Counted from the first letter of the stretch, positions 22,530-33,726 are shown. The stretch: DNA of 64,000 nt from an uncultured delta proteobacterium (GCA_963745035.1 CAVUVW010000005.1:160001-224000), one strand, 5' to 3'. Notes: generated from the sequence alone by a model not told the origin. Numbers and translations are program-made.

Positions 22530-24384
22530 CTAGTCCGCCAGGGAACGGATCTCGGCGTCGGCGCGGCGCAAGCGACGAGCGAGCTCCCGGGCGATATTGC
22601 CGATCAGTTTTCTCTCGATCTCGGGGTGGCGCTTGGCCAGCTCCTGGAGCTTTGCCATGGGCAAAACATAGCAGCGCGCCGGCTCCTCGACGATCGCATC
22701 GGCGGAGCGAGTGCCGCCGTCGAGGAGCGCGAGTTCGCCGAAGACCAAGCCGGGGCTGATGGTGCTCAGGCGCTGGCGGCGCGAGCCGTTCTTGAGGCTG
22801 AGGCAGATGCTCACCTGTCCGGCGGCCAGAAGATATAGCGCGTTGGCCCTTTCTCCCTCGTGGATGATCACCGCGCCACGAGGGTAATCGGCTTCTTCCA
22901 CGATGGAGCCGAGCAATGTGATCTCCCGCTCGTCGAATCCCGACAGCACGTCCATGGCGCCGAGCGGAACCTGCCTGCATTCGGCCGGCTTCGTGGCTTG
23001 ATCGTGCAGTAGACGATTCTCGCACCATTCAAGAGCCGCATCGACGTCGACAAAAGTGCCCTCCGCTTCGGTGCCGCGTGACGCCTCCTTTTCGGGCTCG
23101 CTGCAGTCCGGCGCGCCGCTCAAGAGTAGCGTTTTGCCTCGCTGCGTTAGCATTTCCTGGGTTTGTAGCAGCAGCGCAGCGGCGCATTCGTCGATTTGCA
23201 ACACCCGCTTGAGGTCGAGGATGAGATAGGAAAATGAATCGATGACCGTCCATGATCTGCCGCAATACCCGCTCCATCGTGCCGAAGAATAGACTTCCTT
23301 GAAGCTCGAAGATGCAGATCGCGTCACCATCGCGGTTGAGAATCGCCTCTTCGGCATGGCTCCGGCGCCGCTTCGAGCGTATGGTGCTGCCTCGATAGAC
23401 GCGGCGCACTACGACGCCCACGGCGGAGCGGCTCTTGAACATATGGATCTTGAACCGCTCGGAGATTTCCTGGCAGACCTGGATGCCGCGCACGCTGTTG
23501 CCCTGATCGTCGAGCAGCGCTGAGAAAGTCCCGATGCCGAACTGGCCGGGCAGTACGGCGATGATGCCGCCGCCCACACCGCTCTTGGCCGGCAGCCCGA
23601 TGCGGTAGCTCCATTCTCCGGCATAGTCGTACATACCGCAGCTGTGCATTACGCTCAGGACGTTCTTCGCATAGCGTTCGTCGAAAGCTCGCGCGCCGGT
23701 TATCGGGTTGACGCCGTTGTTGGCCAAGGTCGCGGCCATCACCGCGAGGTCCCGGGCACTCACGAGGATCGCGCATTGCTGGAAATACAGATCGAGATGC
23801 TCCGTTACCGGCTCGTCGATCATGCCGGAGTTGAGCTCGAGGTAGCCGATGGCGCGGTTGCGATGGCCCGTGGCGCGTTCCGAAGCGTAGACCGAATCGT
23901 CGACTTCAAGCGGCCGGCCAGCCAAGGCGGAAAACTTGTCCAGCAAGCGTGTTACCCGCTCTTCGTAGTCCGCGCCCTTGATCAGCGCCGTCGTGGCGAT
24001 CGCTCCGGCATTGACCATCGGATTGAACGGCCGGTTGTGGCGCTCGTCGAAGACGATCGAATTAAACGCTTCGCCCGTGGGCTCCACGCCAACTTTTTCG
24101 AGCACATAATCGACGCCGCGGTCTTCAAGCGCGAAGCCGTAGACAAAGGGTTTGGAAATCGACTGGATCGTAAACTGATGGGCGCTGTCGCCGACCTCGT
24201 ACAGTTGGCCATCCGCCGTGACCAGGGCGATGCCGAAGAGCTTCGGGTCGGCGCTCGCCAGCTCGGGGATATAGGTCGCGACCTTGCCGTTAAAGTTTGT
24301 CCGATGCTTGGCGAAAATTTCTTCGAGGGACGAGAGGATCGGCGAGATAGCGGCGGTGCGGCAGCTGTTGTCGGACGGGTTCAT
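22530..24384 (-). CDS. glsA: Glutaminase A fused to STAS and cNMP-binding domains (frameshift ~23245)
   Basis: GKVATYIPELA, IQSISKPF (S-x-x-K), NPMVNAGAI, CGMYDYAGEW, PAKSGVGGG; then LQGSLFFG STAS region and FGELALLDGGTRSA cNMP motif. Confidence 0.92.
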
Positions 24385-24436
24385 GCAAGTAGGCTTGTAC
24401 TGCTCGATGCGCCAAGTTATGGCTTCGCCGCATAAA

Positions 24437-24451
24437 GCATCCGGCATGCCA
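24437..24451 (-). promoter_or_regulatory. Putative sigma-54 (-24/-12) promoter of glsA
   Basis: TGGCAT-GCCGG-ATGC on the minus strand about 50 nt upstream of ATG 24384. Confidence 0.5.
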
Positions 24452-24644
24452 GCGATTAAAAAGTCGCCTAACCCGAGAATTGCCGTAAATTCCGGGACCG
24501 GAAGATGCGAGACAGCTCAGCTAAATTCGGCTGGACTATTTCTTGGGCAGAAGGTGACTTGAAAATGGGCAGACGAGACTAAATAGGCACTCGTGAATCA
24601 TCGACTGGAAGCAGCGGGCGTAGTGATCGTGGTGGAGGTTTCGA

Positions 24645-25001
24645 TCAACGTGGGCTTCTGATTTCCATTTCCAGGCCGTTGGGGTCCTTGACGAAAATGG
24701 TCGTGAGCTTGCCTGCCTCATCGCGATTCTCGCGCAGGATCTCCGCGCCTTTTTCTTTGAATTCTTTGGCGACCTGATCGATATCGTCGGTTACGTAGCC
24801 GTAGTGATGCACGCCGGCTGGGCCGGCGGACTCCATCAATTGTACGGAAGGCGAGCCGGCGATGCGCACGAAGCAGAACCCGTAGCCCGCGCTGCCCTTT
24901 CTGATCGGCGTCGCATGGCCGCCGAAGAATTTTTCGTAGAATTTGATCGATTCGGCGATATCTTTGGTGTAGATGGCCACGTGTTCGAGTTGATAGTTCA
25001 T
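24645..25001 (-). CDS. VOC/glyoxalase family protein
   Basis: MNYQLEHVAIYTKDIAESIKFY, HHYGYVTDD, FVKDPNGLEME; RBS GGAGG. Confidence 0.9.
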   Translation of the reverse strand: MNYQLEHVAIYTKDIAESIKFYEKFFGGHATPIRKGSAGYGFCFVRIAGSPSVQLMESAGPAGVHHYGYVTDDIDQVAKEFKEKGAEILRENRDEAGKLTTIFVKDPNGLEMEIRSPR

Positions 25002-25048
25002 CGATACCTCCGATTGGTGAAGCCTAACCTTTGCAGATCCGGATAAGG

Positions 25049-26138
25049 TCAGCTCAGATTGATGACCGCTTTGACCACCGAGTAGCTCGCCATCGCCGCC
25101 ATCGCTTCGTTGATCTGATCCAGGGTGTAACTCTTGCTGATCATTTCTTCGAAGGGAAAGGTCTTGCGCCGCGTCGCCAGAAAATCGATCGCCTGCAGCC
25201 AGTGGCGCGGTTCGGCGGAGCGCACGGTGATGAAGAGCATTTCCTGGGGAATCTTTTCCACGGCGATGTTGGCCTTGCCGCCGGCGCCGATATTCAAATA
25301 GCGGCCGCCGCCGCGCAGCAACGTGAGGCCTTCGGGCACGGCCATGTTGTTGGCGACTTGAATGACGACGTCGGCGCCGCGCCCGTCGGTGTGGTCGCGC
25401 ACCCACTTGCGCCGCTCTTTCTCGTCGGTGACTTCTTCGAGATTGAGCACGGCATCCGCGCCCATGCGCTTGGTGACTTCCAAGACGATTCGCCGGCGCG
25501 CCGATGACCAGCACTTTCTTGGCGCCGTGATCTTTCGCCACAGCGGTGGCGAAGTTGCCGAGCGGGCCGCTGCCTTGAATGACGACCGTCTCATGGCTCT
25601 TGATCGCGCCCAAACGGTCGAAGCCGTGCATCACCGTGCGATAGGCGCAGGCCGAGGCCGCCGCCGAAGCGGAGGTCACTTCGTCGGGGACTTTGATGAT
25701 CAGACATTCCTTCGGCACGTACATGTATTCGGCGCAGCTCCCGAGCAGATACGGATGCTGATCGCTGCGGTTGTGTCCCCAGGAGGCGCGTCCCGGACAG
25801 ATGCAGGGCTGCAACGCCACGGCGCAGTAGTAGCAGGAGCCGCAGGCGACGTAACTCCAGACGATGCGATCGCCGCGCTTGACCGGCGTTGCCGAGAATA
25901 TCGGTGCGCTCGCCGGCGATGTCTTCGACGATAGCCGCACGGCTCGTGGCCGGTGATGATCGGCAAAGTATCGCCGTCACTCAGCGGCCCATGCCAGCGG
26001 TGCACGTCGGTGCCGCAGAGCGTCGATGCGGTGATTTTGACCAGCAGCGAGCCCGGATCGAGCTTGGGAATTTGCACCTGTCTCGATGGTCAGCGGTTTG
26101 TTGTGTTCGGTGATGACGGCGGCGCGGCAGGTATCCAT
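25049..26138 (-). CDS. Zinc-binding alcohol dehydrogenase (several frameshifts)
   Basis: LCGTDVH, GHE, CGSCYYC...C structural Zn motif, IQGSGPLG. Confidence 0.88.
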
Positions 26139-26169
26139 GTAAATCCTCTATTGTGGCGGGCCATCGAGT

Positions 26170-26210
26170 TCGACGGCTTGAACAGTTTGAACGGCTTGAA
26201 CGATTTGAGC
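26170..26210. repeat. 9-bp tandem repeat array, reverse orientation
   Basis: GGCTTGAAC AGTTTGAAC GGCTTGAAC GATTTGAGC. Confidence 0.85.
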
Positions 26211-26222
26211 TCTTCAGTTCTA

Positions 26223-27309
26223 TCATAGCGGCAGTTTGTAAAACGTCTCCGCGTTGCGCCAGAGCATGGCGGCTTTGTCGTCCTCGCTGATCTCGTCGCT
26301 TTCCAGCAGCTCGCCGAGATCGTGCTTGCAGCTCTCGTTGGTCACTTCATGCGGAAAGTCGGACGAATAGAGGAAAGGCTTATTGCCGACGGTCTTGATC
26401 GCGAACGGCATGGTCAGCTCTTCGGTCTCGATGCCGAGGTAGAGGCGGCCGTCTTTAATCAGCTGTTTGATTTGCTTTGCCGGATCCTGTTCTTCGCGCA
26501 CGCCGAACTCGCCTTCGGGGATGTATTGGAAATGGGTCTCGTGCGAAGCGTGCAGTCGTTCGAGCAGGAGCAGCAGCCAGGCGATGCCGCCCTCGAGAAA
26601 GGCGATGCGCACGCGCGGGAAGCGCTCGAAGATGCCGTTGTAGAGAATATCGGCGCAGTTGATGGTCAGACCCCACGGATGTCCGAGGGCGTGCACCGGC
26701 ACGTACATGTTCATATGGTCCATGCCGAAGCGGTCGTGCGCGCCGCCGTGAACGGCGAGGCAGCAGCCGAGCCGGTTGGCTTCTTCATAGACCGGCCAGA
26801 ACTGTTTCGCGCCCAACGGCTGGGCGAGCCCGTTGGACGGCATCATGGCCCCGAGCATTCCCAGTTCGGTGACCGCGCGACGCAGCTCCTTGGCGGCTTC
26901 TTCGGGGTCCTGCATCGGAATAATCGCCATCGCCTTTGAAGCGCGGATTGAATTTGATGTAGGTCTCGGTCATCCAGTCGTTATAGGCTTTGCAGACCGC
27001 TACCGCGTAATCGCGGCTGACGATCTTGCCGTAGGAGAGCGCGAGAGTGGGATACATGACGGTCCATTCGATGCCGACGTCGTCGAGAAACTCGAGCCAG
27101 CCTTTGGGCCCTACCGGAGGGCGTTGGTCACGTTGCGGCGGTGTCTCGACGGCGCGCCCCGAATGCAGATGATCCAAGGGCGGAAAACAAATTCCCTTGC
27201 GCGCCGCGATCTCGCGGTAAGCGCCTTCCATGTGGGCGATGATTCCGGCGTTGTCTTCCATGATATGACCGTCGCCGTCGATGATTCGGCTGCTGAGCTT
27301 GGCTGACAT
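26223..27309 (-). CDS. Amidohydrolase family protein, LigW/ACMSD-like (frameshifts)
   Basis: IIDGDGHIME, AYNDWM, AVHG, FLEGGIAW, SSDFPH, NAETFY. Confidence 0.9.
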
Positions 27310-27417
27310 TTTTCAATACCCTCCTGACAATTGTGCGATGAACGGACAATCGACGATGTCTGTCTTTCTCCATTCTTATAATCTGACTCGGGGAGGCCGA
27401 TCAAGCGACCGGGGAGC

Positions 27418-27470
27418 AAAAACAGCGCTACGCCCGCTTCGGCGGGCGCGCACTCCGCTAAGCTGTTTTT
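27418..27470 (+). other. Structured intergenic element with C(UUCG)G tetraloop hairpin
   Basis: AAAAACAGC...CGCCCGC-TTCG-GCGGGCG...GCTGTTTTT nested stems. Confidence 0.5.
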
Positions 27471-27560
27471 CGCAATCGAAATGAAATATCTTCGAACGGT
27501 TGCAGGGCTGCGGCTGCTTGACCCGCGTAGATACGAAGCCAACAGAAAACGGGAGGCGTT

Positions 27561-27815
27561 ATGGCGGAAGAAACGGCGGAAGAAAAACTGGCACGCTTGG
27601 AGGCGGAGAACCAGGCGCTCAAGGCGCAGATCGATCGGCGTAAACCGGGCGAGCTGCGTTTGAAGATCAGTGAAAAGGGCGGCCTGTCGGTGTACGGCTT
27701 GGGAAGGTTTCCCGTCACGCTTTACAAGGAACAGTGGGCGAGGCTTTTGAACCATGCCGACGACATCAAACAATTTCTTCAAGATCACGATCACGAACTG
27801 AAAGCAAAGCAGTAG
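27561..27815 (+). CDS. Small conserved-looking hypothetical protein (N-terminal coiled coil plus possible PC4-like domain)
   Basis: RBS GGGAGG; KISEKGGLSVYGLGRFPVTLYKEQW. Confidence 0.8.
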   Translation: MAEETAEEKLARLEAENQALKAQIDRRKPGELRLKISEKGGLSVYGLGRFPVTLYKEQWARLLNHADDIKQFLQDHDHELKAKQ

Positions 27816-28086
27816 GTTAGGCAACCGGTCGGAGCGCCCCATGCCGTCGGGGGCCGCGGCGGCGGCAAAACCCGCGATTTTTTCCAGTTCACCTGGGTCC
27901 GTATTCCGGCACGGCCGGGCCGGTGCGGTTTTTCGAGTGCCCAGATCACCGGTCCTGGCCATTGTTGATATTTGGCGGCTATTTCGAGTAAAAGACTACC
28001 CGGAGAATTGTTTTGGCAAATTCTCGGGGGAAGCGTAAAATGACCGGATATTGCGGGCAAAGCCGTCCGCGCTGCAGCACAACTCC

Positions 28087-31000
28087 ATGCGAACGCGAGA
28101 GAAGCTGATTATTCTTCTGGTCGGAGGCACCCTCATTTTGGGCGCGCTGATCTTCTTTGCTTTCCAGGACAACGAGGTCGAAGCAAATTACTTCCGCTGG
28201 CTCCTCGCCGACAAACTCAGTCGCGGCATGTCTTCGCCGGAAGGGTTCGTCTCCGATGAGTTTCCTTCCGGGACGATCTTCTACGGTGGTTTGGCGATTT
28301 TCGCGAGCATCATGACGATCGTCGTGCTCAAGATGGTCCGCTCCGGCGAGATTCAGGCGCTGCGCCAGCGACTGCGCGATTTGCGCCGCGAGAAGCACGA
28401 AACGCAAAGCGCCCTGGAAGAGCAGGTCTGGAAAGGCAAGACCGAGCGCCATGCGAAAGACTCGGTCATGCGCGATCTCGAATCGAGCATCGAGAAGATC
28501 GAAAGGCTGCTGAGCGAGCTGAGTGAAAAAGAGGGCGAATTAAAGGCGCGCGATGCCGAAATGATGGCGCTCAAGGCGAGCGCGGCGGAGGAAGCCGCGG
28601 CGGCGCTCTTGCCGGGAGCGGATCGACGGCTGGGTGACGAGCTCAGGCGCAGAAACGAGATCTTGCAGGCCAAGGATGCCGCGCTGAGAGACGTCGAACA
28701 GCGTTTCGCCGCCCGATCGCGCCTCTGGGAAAACCAGCTTCGGGAAAAGGACGGGCTGGTCAAAGAGCGGGAAGGCGAGCTGAGAAGCGTTCGCTCGGAG
28801 ATAGTGGAGCTCAACGGCCGGGTGGATCAACTCGAGAGCGCGCGGAAGCGCGCGGAAGAACGCCTGGACCAGGAACTGCGGCAAAAAAAGCAAGTGCTCG
28901 ACGCCGAGGCGCTGGCCAGACAAACCGAAGAAAAGCGCCTTGGCGAAACGATCAGAGGTCTGGAAACTCAATTGGGCGAGCGCGACAAGGCGCTCCGCCA
29001 GCGCGACGCGGAGATGAGCGGCATGCGCCGCCAACTTACGGAACTCGAGGCCGTTAAGGCGCGGACGGCCAATGAGATCGAGGACCTTTCCGCAAAGGCG
29101 CAGAAGGATCAGCAAGAGAAGGAGCGCGCGCTGCACGAGGTGCAGCAGCGGATGGGGATCCGGGTGCACGAGTTGCAGGAAGAGATCGGAAAGCGGGATC
29201 TTCTTCTGCAGACGCGCGACGACGAGCTCAAGTCTCTGAATGTGGAACTGAAGGCGGTAGCGCTGCGTTTAAGCGAGACGGCGGCCGCCAAGGTCCGGAC
29301 CGAAGAGGCGCTGCAGGAAGGCCTCAAGAATGAGAGACAGCAGCATGAGGCCGGAAAGCTCGAGTACCGCCAGCTCGAAGAGCGCTATCACACCGAAATC
29401 AAACTCTTGAAGGCTCATCTCAGCGAACGGGAGGAATTTCTCAAGCGCCGGGACGAAGAGGTGCGGTCTCTGGAGCAGCAGACCCACCAGGCGCTGCGGC
29501 GTCTCGAGGAGAACAGCTCGGCGCGCGAGCAGAGCGAGAAATCGCTGCGCGAAACGCTGGAAGAGCAGCAGCGGCAGAAACAGGCGAGCGAAGCCGCGGC
29601 GCGCAGCTTGGAACAACGCTACGGGGAAGAAGTTGCGGCTTTGAAGAAGCAGCTCCGGCAGCATGAGGAGGCACGCAAGGGGCGCGAGGAAGAAAACAAG
29701 GCGCTCAAAACCCAAGTGGCCTCGCTGGCCCAGCAGCTTGCGAAAGTCGGCTCGGCGAAGGAGCAAGCCGCGCAGCTTCTCCAGCAGTCGCTAAGAAGGA
29801 AAAGGCGGCGGTGCAGGCGAGCGATTCGGCCGTGCGCGAGATCGAAGAGGGATTCAAGGCTAAAATAGCCGCGCTCGAGACCCAACTGGCGGAACACCAG
29901 GATCTCGTCGGCAGCCGAGACACCGAGCTTGGCTCCCTGAAGGCGGAGCTTCTATCGCTCAACAGTAAGATGTCCGATCTCGCGACGGCCAAAGAGCGCG
30001 CCGAAAGCCTGTTCGAGGACGCGATCAGACAACAAAAGGAGGCAGCGCAATCCAAAAATGCCGGCATCAAGCAGCTCGAAGAGGATTTGAACGGGAAAAT
30101 CTGGAATCTGGAAACGAACCTTCGGGAAAAAGAAGAGCTGCTCCATCGCCGTGAAGCGGAAGTCAGCGGCATCAAGAACCAACTTGCCGAGTTGGCGACA
30201 GCGAAAGAGAGCGCGGCGCTGACTCTCCATGAGGACCTCAGAAAAAAAGACGAGTTGCTGCAAGTGAAGGAGGCGGCGCTTAGCGCTCTGGAAGAACGCT
30301 TCACTGCCGCAGTGCGCGCTCTGGAAAACGAGGTCCACGAGAAGCAGGAGCTCTTAGGCGCGCGGGAAGCCGAAGTCAAGTCGCTTTCGGCCAAACTCTA
30401 TAATCAGTCGGAGCATTTGGTCGACATCGAATCGTCGAAAGACAACGCCGCGCGAGCGCTGGAAGAGGAGCTTCGCCGTGCTAACGAGGTGGCGCGGTCC
30501 CAGGAGACAGCGCTGAAAGCGCTCGACGAGCGCCTCACCGGCCGTCTCCAATCCCTCCAAGGCCAGTTGAGCGAAAAGCAGGACCTGCTGGCGGCGCGGG
30601 ACTCGGAAGTCGACGCGCTCATGGCTAAAGTCGGCGAGCTTACCCAGAAACTGGGCGAAATCAACGTCGAGCGCGAGCGCTCGGATCGCCTGCTGCAGGA
30701 GGAGCTTCGCGAGAAAACCGCGCTGCTCGACTCTAACAAGTCTTCGATCGCCGAGTTGGAAGAGCGTTTCAGTGGCAGGATCGAGTCTCTTCAGCGCCAG
30801 ATTGCCGAGAGACAAAAGCTCCTGGAAAGCAGCGGCGCCGAGCTCGGCGATCTACGCACCGAGCTGAATGCGATGAGCGAGCGACTTAACGAGGCCGAGG
30901 CGGCTAAAGTAAAACTGGAAGGCTTGCTCGAGCAGGAACGCAGCAGCTCCGACAAGGCTCTCGTGTCGGCGCCCACTTTCGACGAAAACGGAGATGAACG

Positions 31001-31214
31001 AGCCAACGGCGAGCTGCGCGGCGTGGATACGCTGATGAGCGAGAGAGAGGAATTGCTCAAGGCGCGCGATAAATTGATTCAGAATCTGATGGGCGAGCTC
31101 AAAGAAAAAAAGACCCAGCTGGCCAAGCAGGAAATCGAGGTATGGAAGGGCATCGAACGACGCGATGCGTGGAAACACAGGCTGGCCAAAGTCGGTATCC
31201 GCCTGAAGGACTAA
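28087..31214 (+). CDS. Large membrane-anchored coiled-coil repeat protein, ~1040 aa (frameshift ~29795)
   Basis: Two N-terminal hydrophobic helices, then E/K/R/L-rich heptads; the 78-aa repeat register continues across the frameshift. Confidence 0.85.
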
Positions 31215-31586
31215 CTCACCTGCTCTCATCGCGGCGCCGCCCGCGATTCCTCCGCCCGCCAAACTATCCCGAAATCCGCAGTTGAAATGATATGCCCCGC
31301 GGGGCGCAATCCTCCCGGTTATTTCCAGTTATAAAGACAATACTTTCTGTATCTGGGCGGATGCGATCGCCTGCAATCCGGGAATCATTTGCCCCATGGC
31401 GACGGGTTGACCCCATGGGCGAAAAGACTTGCGGCGCCCTGGCTCCTCACCGCCGAAGATCCGCGGTGAAGGATATTGCCCTCGTTTTTGAAGCTGAATT
31501 TACAGATAACAGTGTCTTCTAATTCATTCGAATCGATTCGTCGCCGCGCTGCGATTCAGTTGAGGAGCCAGCGGTTTTCCTGGAAA

Positions 31587-31601
31587 TGGCACAGTTGCTG
31601 C
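31587..31601 (+). promoter_or_regulatory. Possible sigma-54 promoter
   Basis: TGGCAC-AGTTG-CTGC followed by GGAGGAG and a 39-codon ORF (31638-31757). Confidence 0.35.
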
Positions 31602-32055
31602 TCCTGTAAAAAAGTCCGGAGGAGAACATCTACGATCATGCGCCGAATTGTTTTTACGCAGGACCCGGGTGGCGCTGGCGAGCGCGACCGGCGATCGACA
31701 GTAGGAATGTTTTTAATTCTTATTGGAGTGCGAGGCGCAAGCTCGCGCTCGACTTAATGATTTAGCTTTGCTCATTACGGCTTCGCGAACCGTTTCGCCC
31801 CAGAATTTCACGGAGGATAAAAAAGGCAAGGAAACCAAGAAAACCTGCGGCGGTTAAAAAGTACGCAAGGCCACAAGGAAGCAGCCCCCCTACCAAGACC
31901 AGCAAATCCGGTAAACCGAAGGTGATATGATGCGATATAACTTCTTCATATTGTTCGTCTCATTTCTGGGGCGGGACGGCGACATTTTCGCGACTTTGGA
32001 TCGAATCTAGCTCCGTATCAAACTAGGATTCGGCAAAAAACGCCGGTTCGATCGC

Positions 32056-32070
32056 TGGCACTAGGTTTGC
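32056..32070 (+). promoter_or_regulatory. Sigma-54 (-24/-12) promoter
   Basis: Perfect consensus TGGCAC-TAGGT-TTGC 49 nt upstream of ATG 32119. Confidence 0.75.
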
Positions 32071-32118
32071 CGAAATACAACTCTGCGAACGTATACCCCG
32101 ATTTGAAAGGAGGCATGC

Positions 32119-32640
32119 ATGGCGAAAAACAAAGTAGCGTTTTCGGCGCTTCTGTGTGCGGGCGTGATGCTCGGCGGATGTGGAATGTGGTCCGACCGAG
32201 ACAGCGGACGATCAGGCCAAAGTTCCGGCCGCGCGTCGGCTACGGCGAGTCAAGGCTCGGGAAGCCAGTCAAGCGCACAAATCACCCAAGTTCAGCAGGC
32301 TTTGAAATCGAAGGGCTATGATCCGGGGACGACCGACGGCGTGATGGGTACTCAGACACAAGAAGCGCTGCGAAAATTTCAGAAGGCGAATGGGCTTCCG
32401 GTAACCGGAATGGTGGACAGTCAAACGGCCAAAGCGTTGGGCATATCGAGTTCGGCAAGCGGTGCCACCTCGTCGGGGGCAGCGGGCTCATCGAGTGAGG
32501 GCAGGAACTCCACGGGTTCCGGCTCTTCGTCATCGCGTGAGAGCAGTGGAAGTTCGACGGGTACGGGCGGCTCGTCGGGATCTTCGTCTAGATCCGGGGA
32601 GGGTTCCAGCGGCTCGGGGCGGTCAGGCAGCGGCTACTAA
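32119..32640 (+). CDS. Peptidoglycan-binding (PG_binding_1) lipoprotein with Ser/Gly-rich tail
   Basis: Lipobox LGGC; QVQQALKSKGYDPGTTDGVMGTQTQEALRKFQKANGLPVTGMVD. Confidence 0.9.
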   Translation: MAKNKVAFSALLCAGVMLGGCGMWSDRDSGRSGQSSGRASATASQGSGSQSSAQITQVQQALKSKGYDPGTTDGVMGTQTQEALRKFQKANGLPVTGMVDSQTAKALGISSSASGATSSGAAGSSSEGRNSTGSGSSSSRESSGSSTGTGGSSGSSSRSGEGSSGSGRSGSGY

Positions 32641-32668
32641 TCCAGATTGACGGGGTTACGATCGCCAC

Positions 32669-32704
32669 AAGAAAGGGGAGGCCTCGGCCTCCCTTTCTTT
32701 TTTT
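32669..32704 (+). terminator. Rho-independent terminator
   Basis: AAGAAAGGGGAGGC-CTCG-GCCTCCCTTTCTT followed by a T run. Confidence 0.85.
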
Positions 32705-33222
32705 AAGGGAGCGGCGACAGTTTCTGGTGGCGATAAATTCACGCAGTTCGCCGCAGAGTTTAACCGCAATCGCTGGCAGAGATCTTCGAACCGGTTGTAT
32801 TGCTTCGCTGCAGCGCCGGCTCGCCGGTTCCAAGCATCGAGCGCGATCAGTTGACAGCTTTTCGGACTCGGGATAGCGTCGGTTGCTTGAAGTGACCGAA
32901 CGTGGCGACAATCCGAGACATCGTGCAAAACGGCGTCGGCGGTCGGATCGTGAAAGATTCGAGCAATTCGCGGCCGACCGATCGCGCGGCGGCGTGAGTG
33001 TGCTCCGATGCGTATCCCCGCATGCGTCCCCGCAAATCCGCCGCGGCGCCGATGTTGCGCTACATTGGTCCTCGGTATCGACGCGCGGGTCGACAGCTGG
33101 CGTGGAGTTCGACTCAGATGACGGCGCCACTGTCCCCTTTCGTCCCTCTATCGCGTCAGGTTCGCTCAATGAGTGACGCCGGTTGCCGATATTTCCACCC
33201 CGCGATCGCCTGGTTGTAGAAA

Positions 33223-33726
33223 ATGTTTCGTCGCGTGGATCTGCCAACCCACATCCCGGGAAAACTGCTGCTGCACAGCATGCCGGGCCGTTTCGAAACG
33301 CTCGACAAGGTGTGGCGTCAGGTCCAGAGCGAAGCCGTCGGCGCCATCGTCTGCTTGAACCAGCCGCACGAGATTCGCCTCAAATCCCGGCAATACGCCG
33401 AAGCCTTGGAAAGCGGCGCGGTGCCGTGCGCCGTGCTGCCGTTCGAGATTCGCGAAGGCGGCGCGCCCGAAGACCGGAACGCTTTCTGGGCGCTCTCGAA
33501 TGATATCGCCGAGCGCCTGCGACGCGGAGAAGCAGTGTTGGTTCACTGCGCGGGTGGGGTCGGCCGCACCGCCATGCTCGCCGTCTCGGTGCTGCTCGCG
33601 TTGGGCCGGCCGAGCGCCGAGGCAGAAAGCGCAATCGCGCAAGCGGGCTCCATCGTGGAAACCATGGCGCAGATCGAAATGCTGTCCTGGTGCGCCGCGC
33701 AATGTGTCGGGGAAAAGAGGCAATAG
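33223..33726 (+). CDS. Dual-specificity/tyrosine protein phosphatase
   Basis: VHCAGGVGRT (CX5R) and ETMAQ Q-loop. Confidence 0.88.
   Translation: MFRRVDLPTHIPGKLLLHSMPGRFETLDKVWRQVQSEAVGAIVCLNQPHEIRLKSRQYAEALESGAVPCAVLPFEIREGGAPEDRNAFWALSNDIAERLRRGEAVLVHCAGGVGRTAMLAVSVLLALGRPSAEAESAIAQAGSIVETMAQIEMLSWCAAQCVGEKRQ

Noticed and set aside
24645-25940. Apparent 431-aa ADH-glyoxalase fusion
   Set aside because: Frameshift artefact; the VOC gene has its own GGAGG RBS and ATG at 25001 and the ADH has its own stop at 25049
28087-31214. SMC/chromosome segregation ATPase
   Set aside because: No Walker A/B, signature motif or hinge; it has N-terminal TM helices
32450-32640. Ser/Gly-rich low-complexity tail as a repeat element or RiPP precursor
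   Set aside because: Ordinary disordered tail of a PG-binding lipoprotein; no modifying enzymes adjacent
32656-32928. Minus-strand ORF with IALDAWNRR resembling Lar restriction-alleviation proteins
   Set aside because: No CxxC pairs in frame, no RBS, and it runs into the terminator; too weak to call
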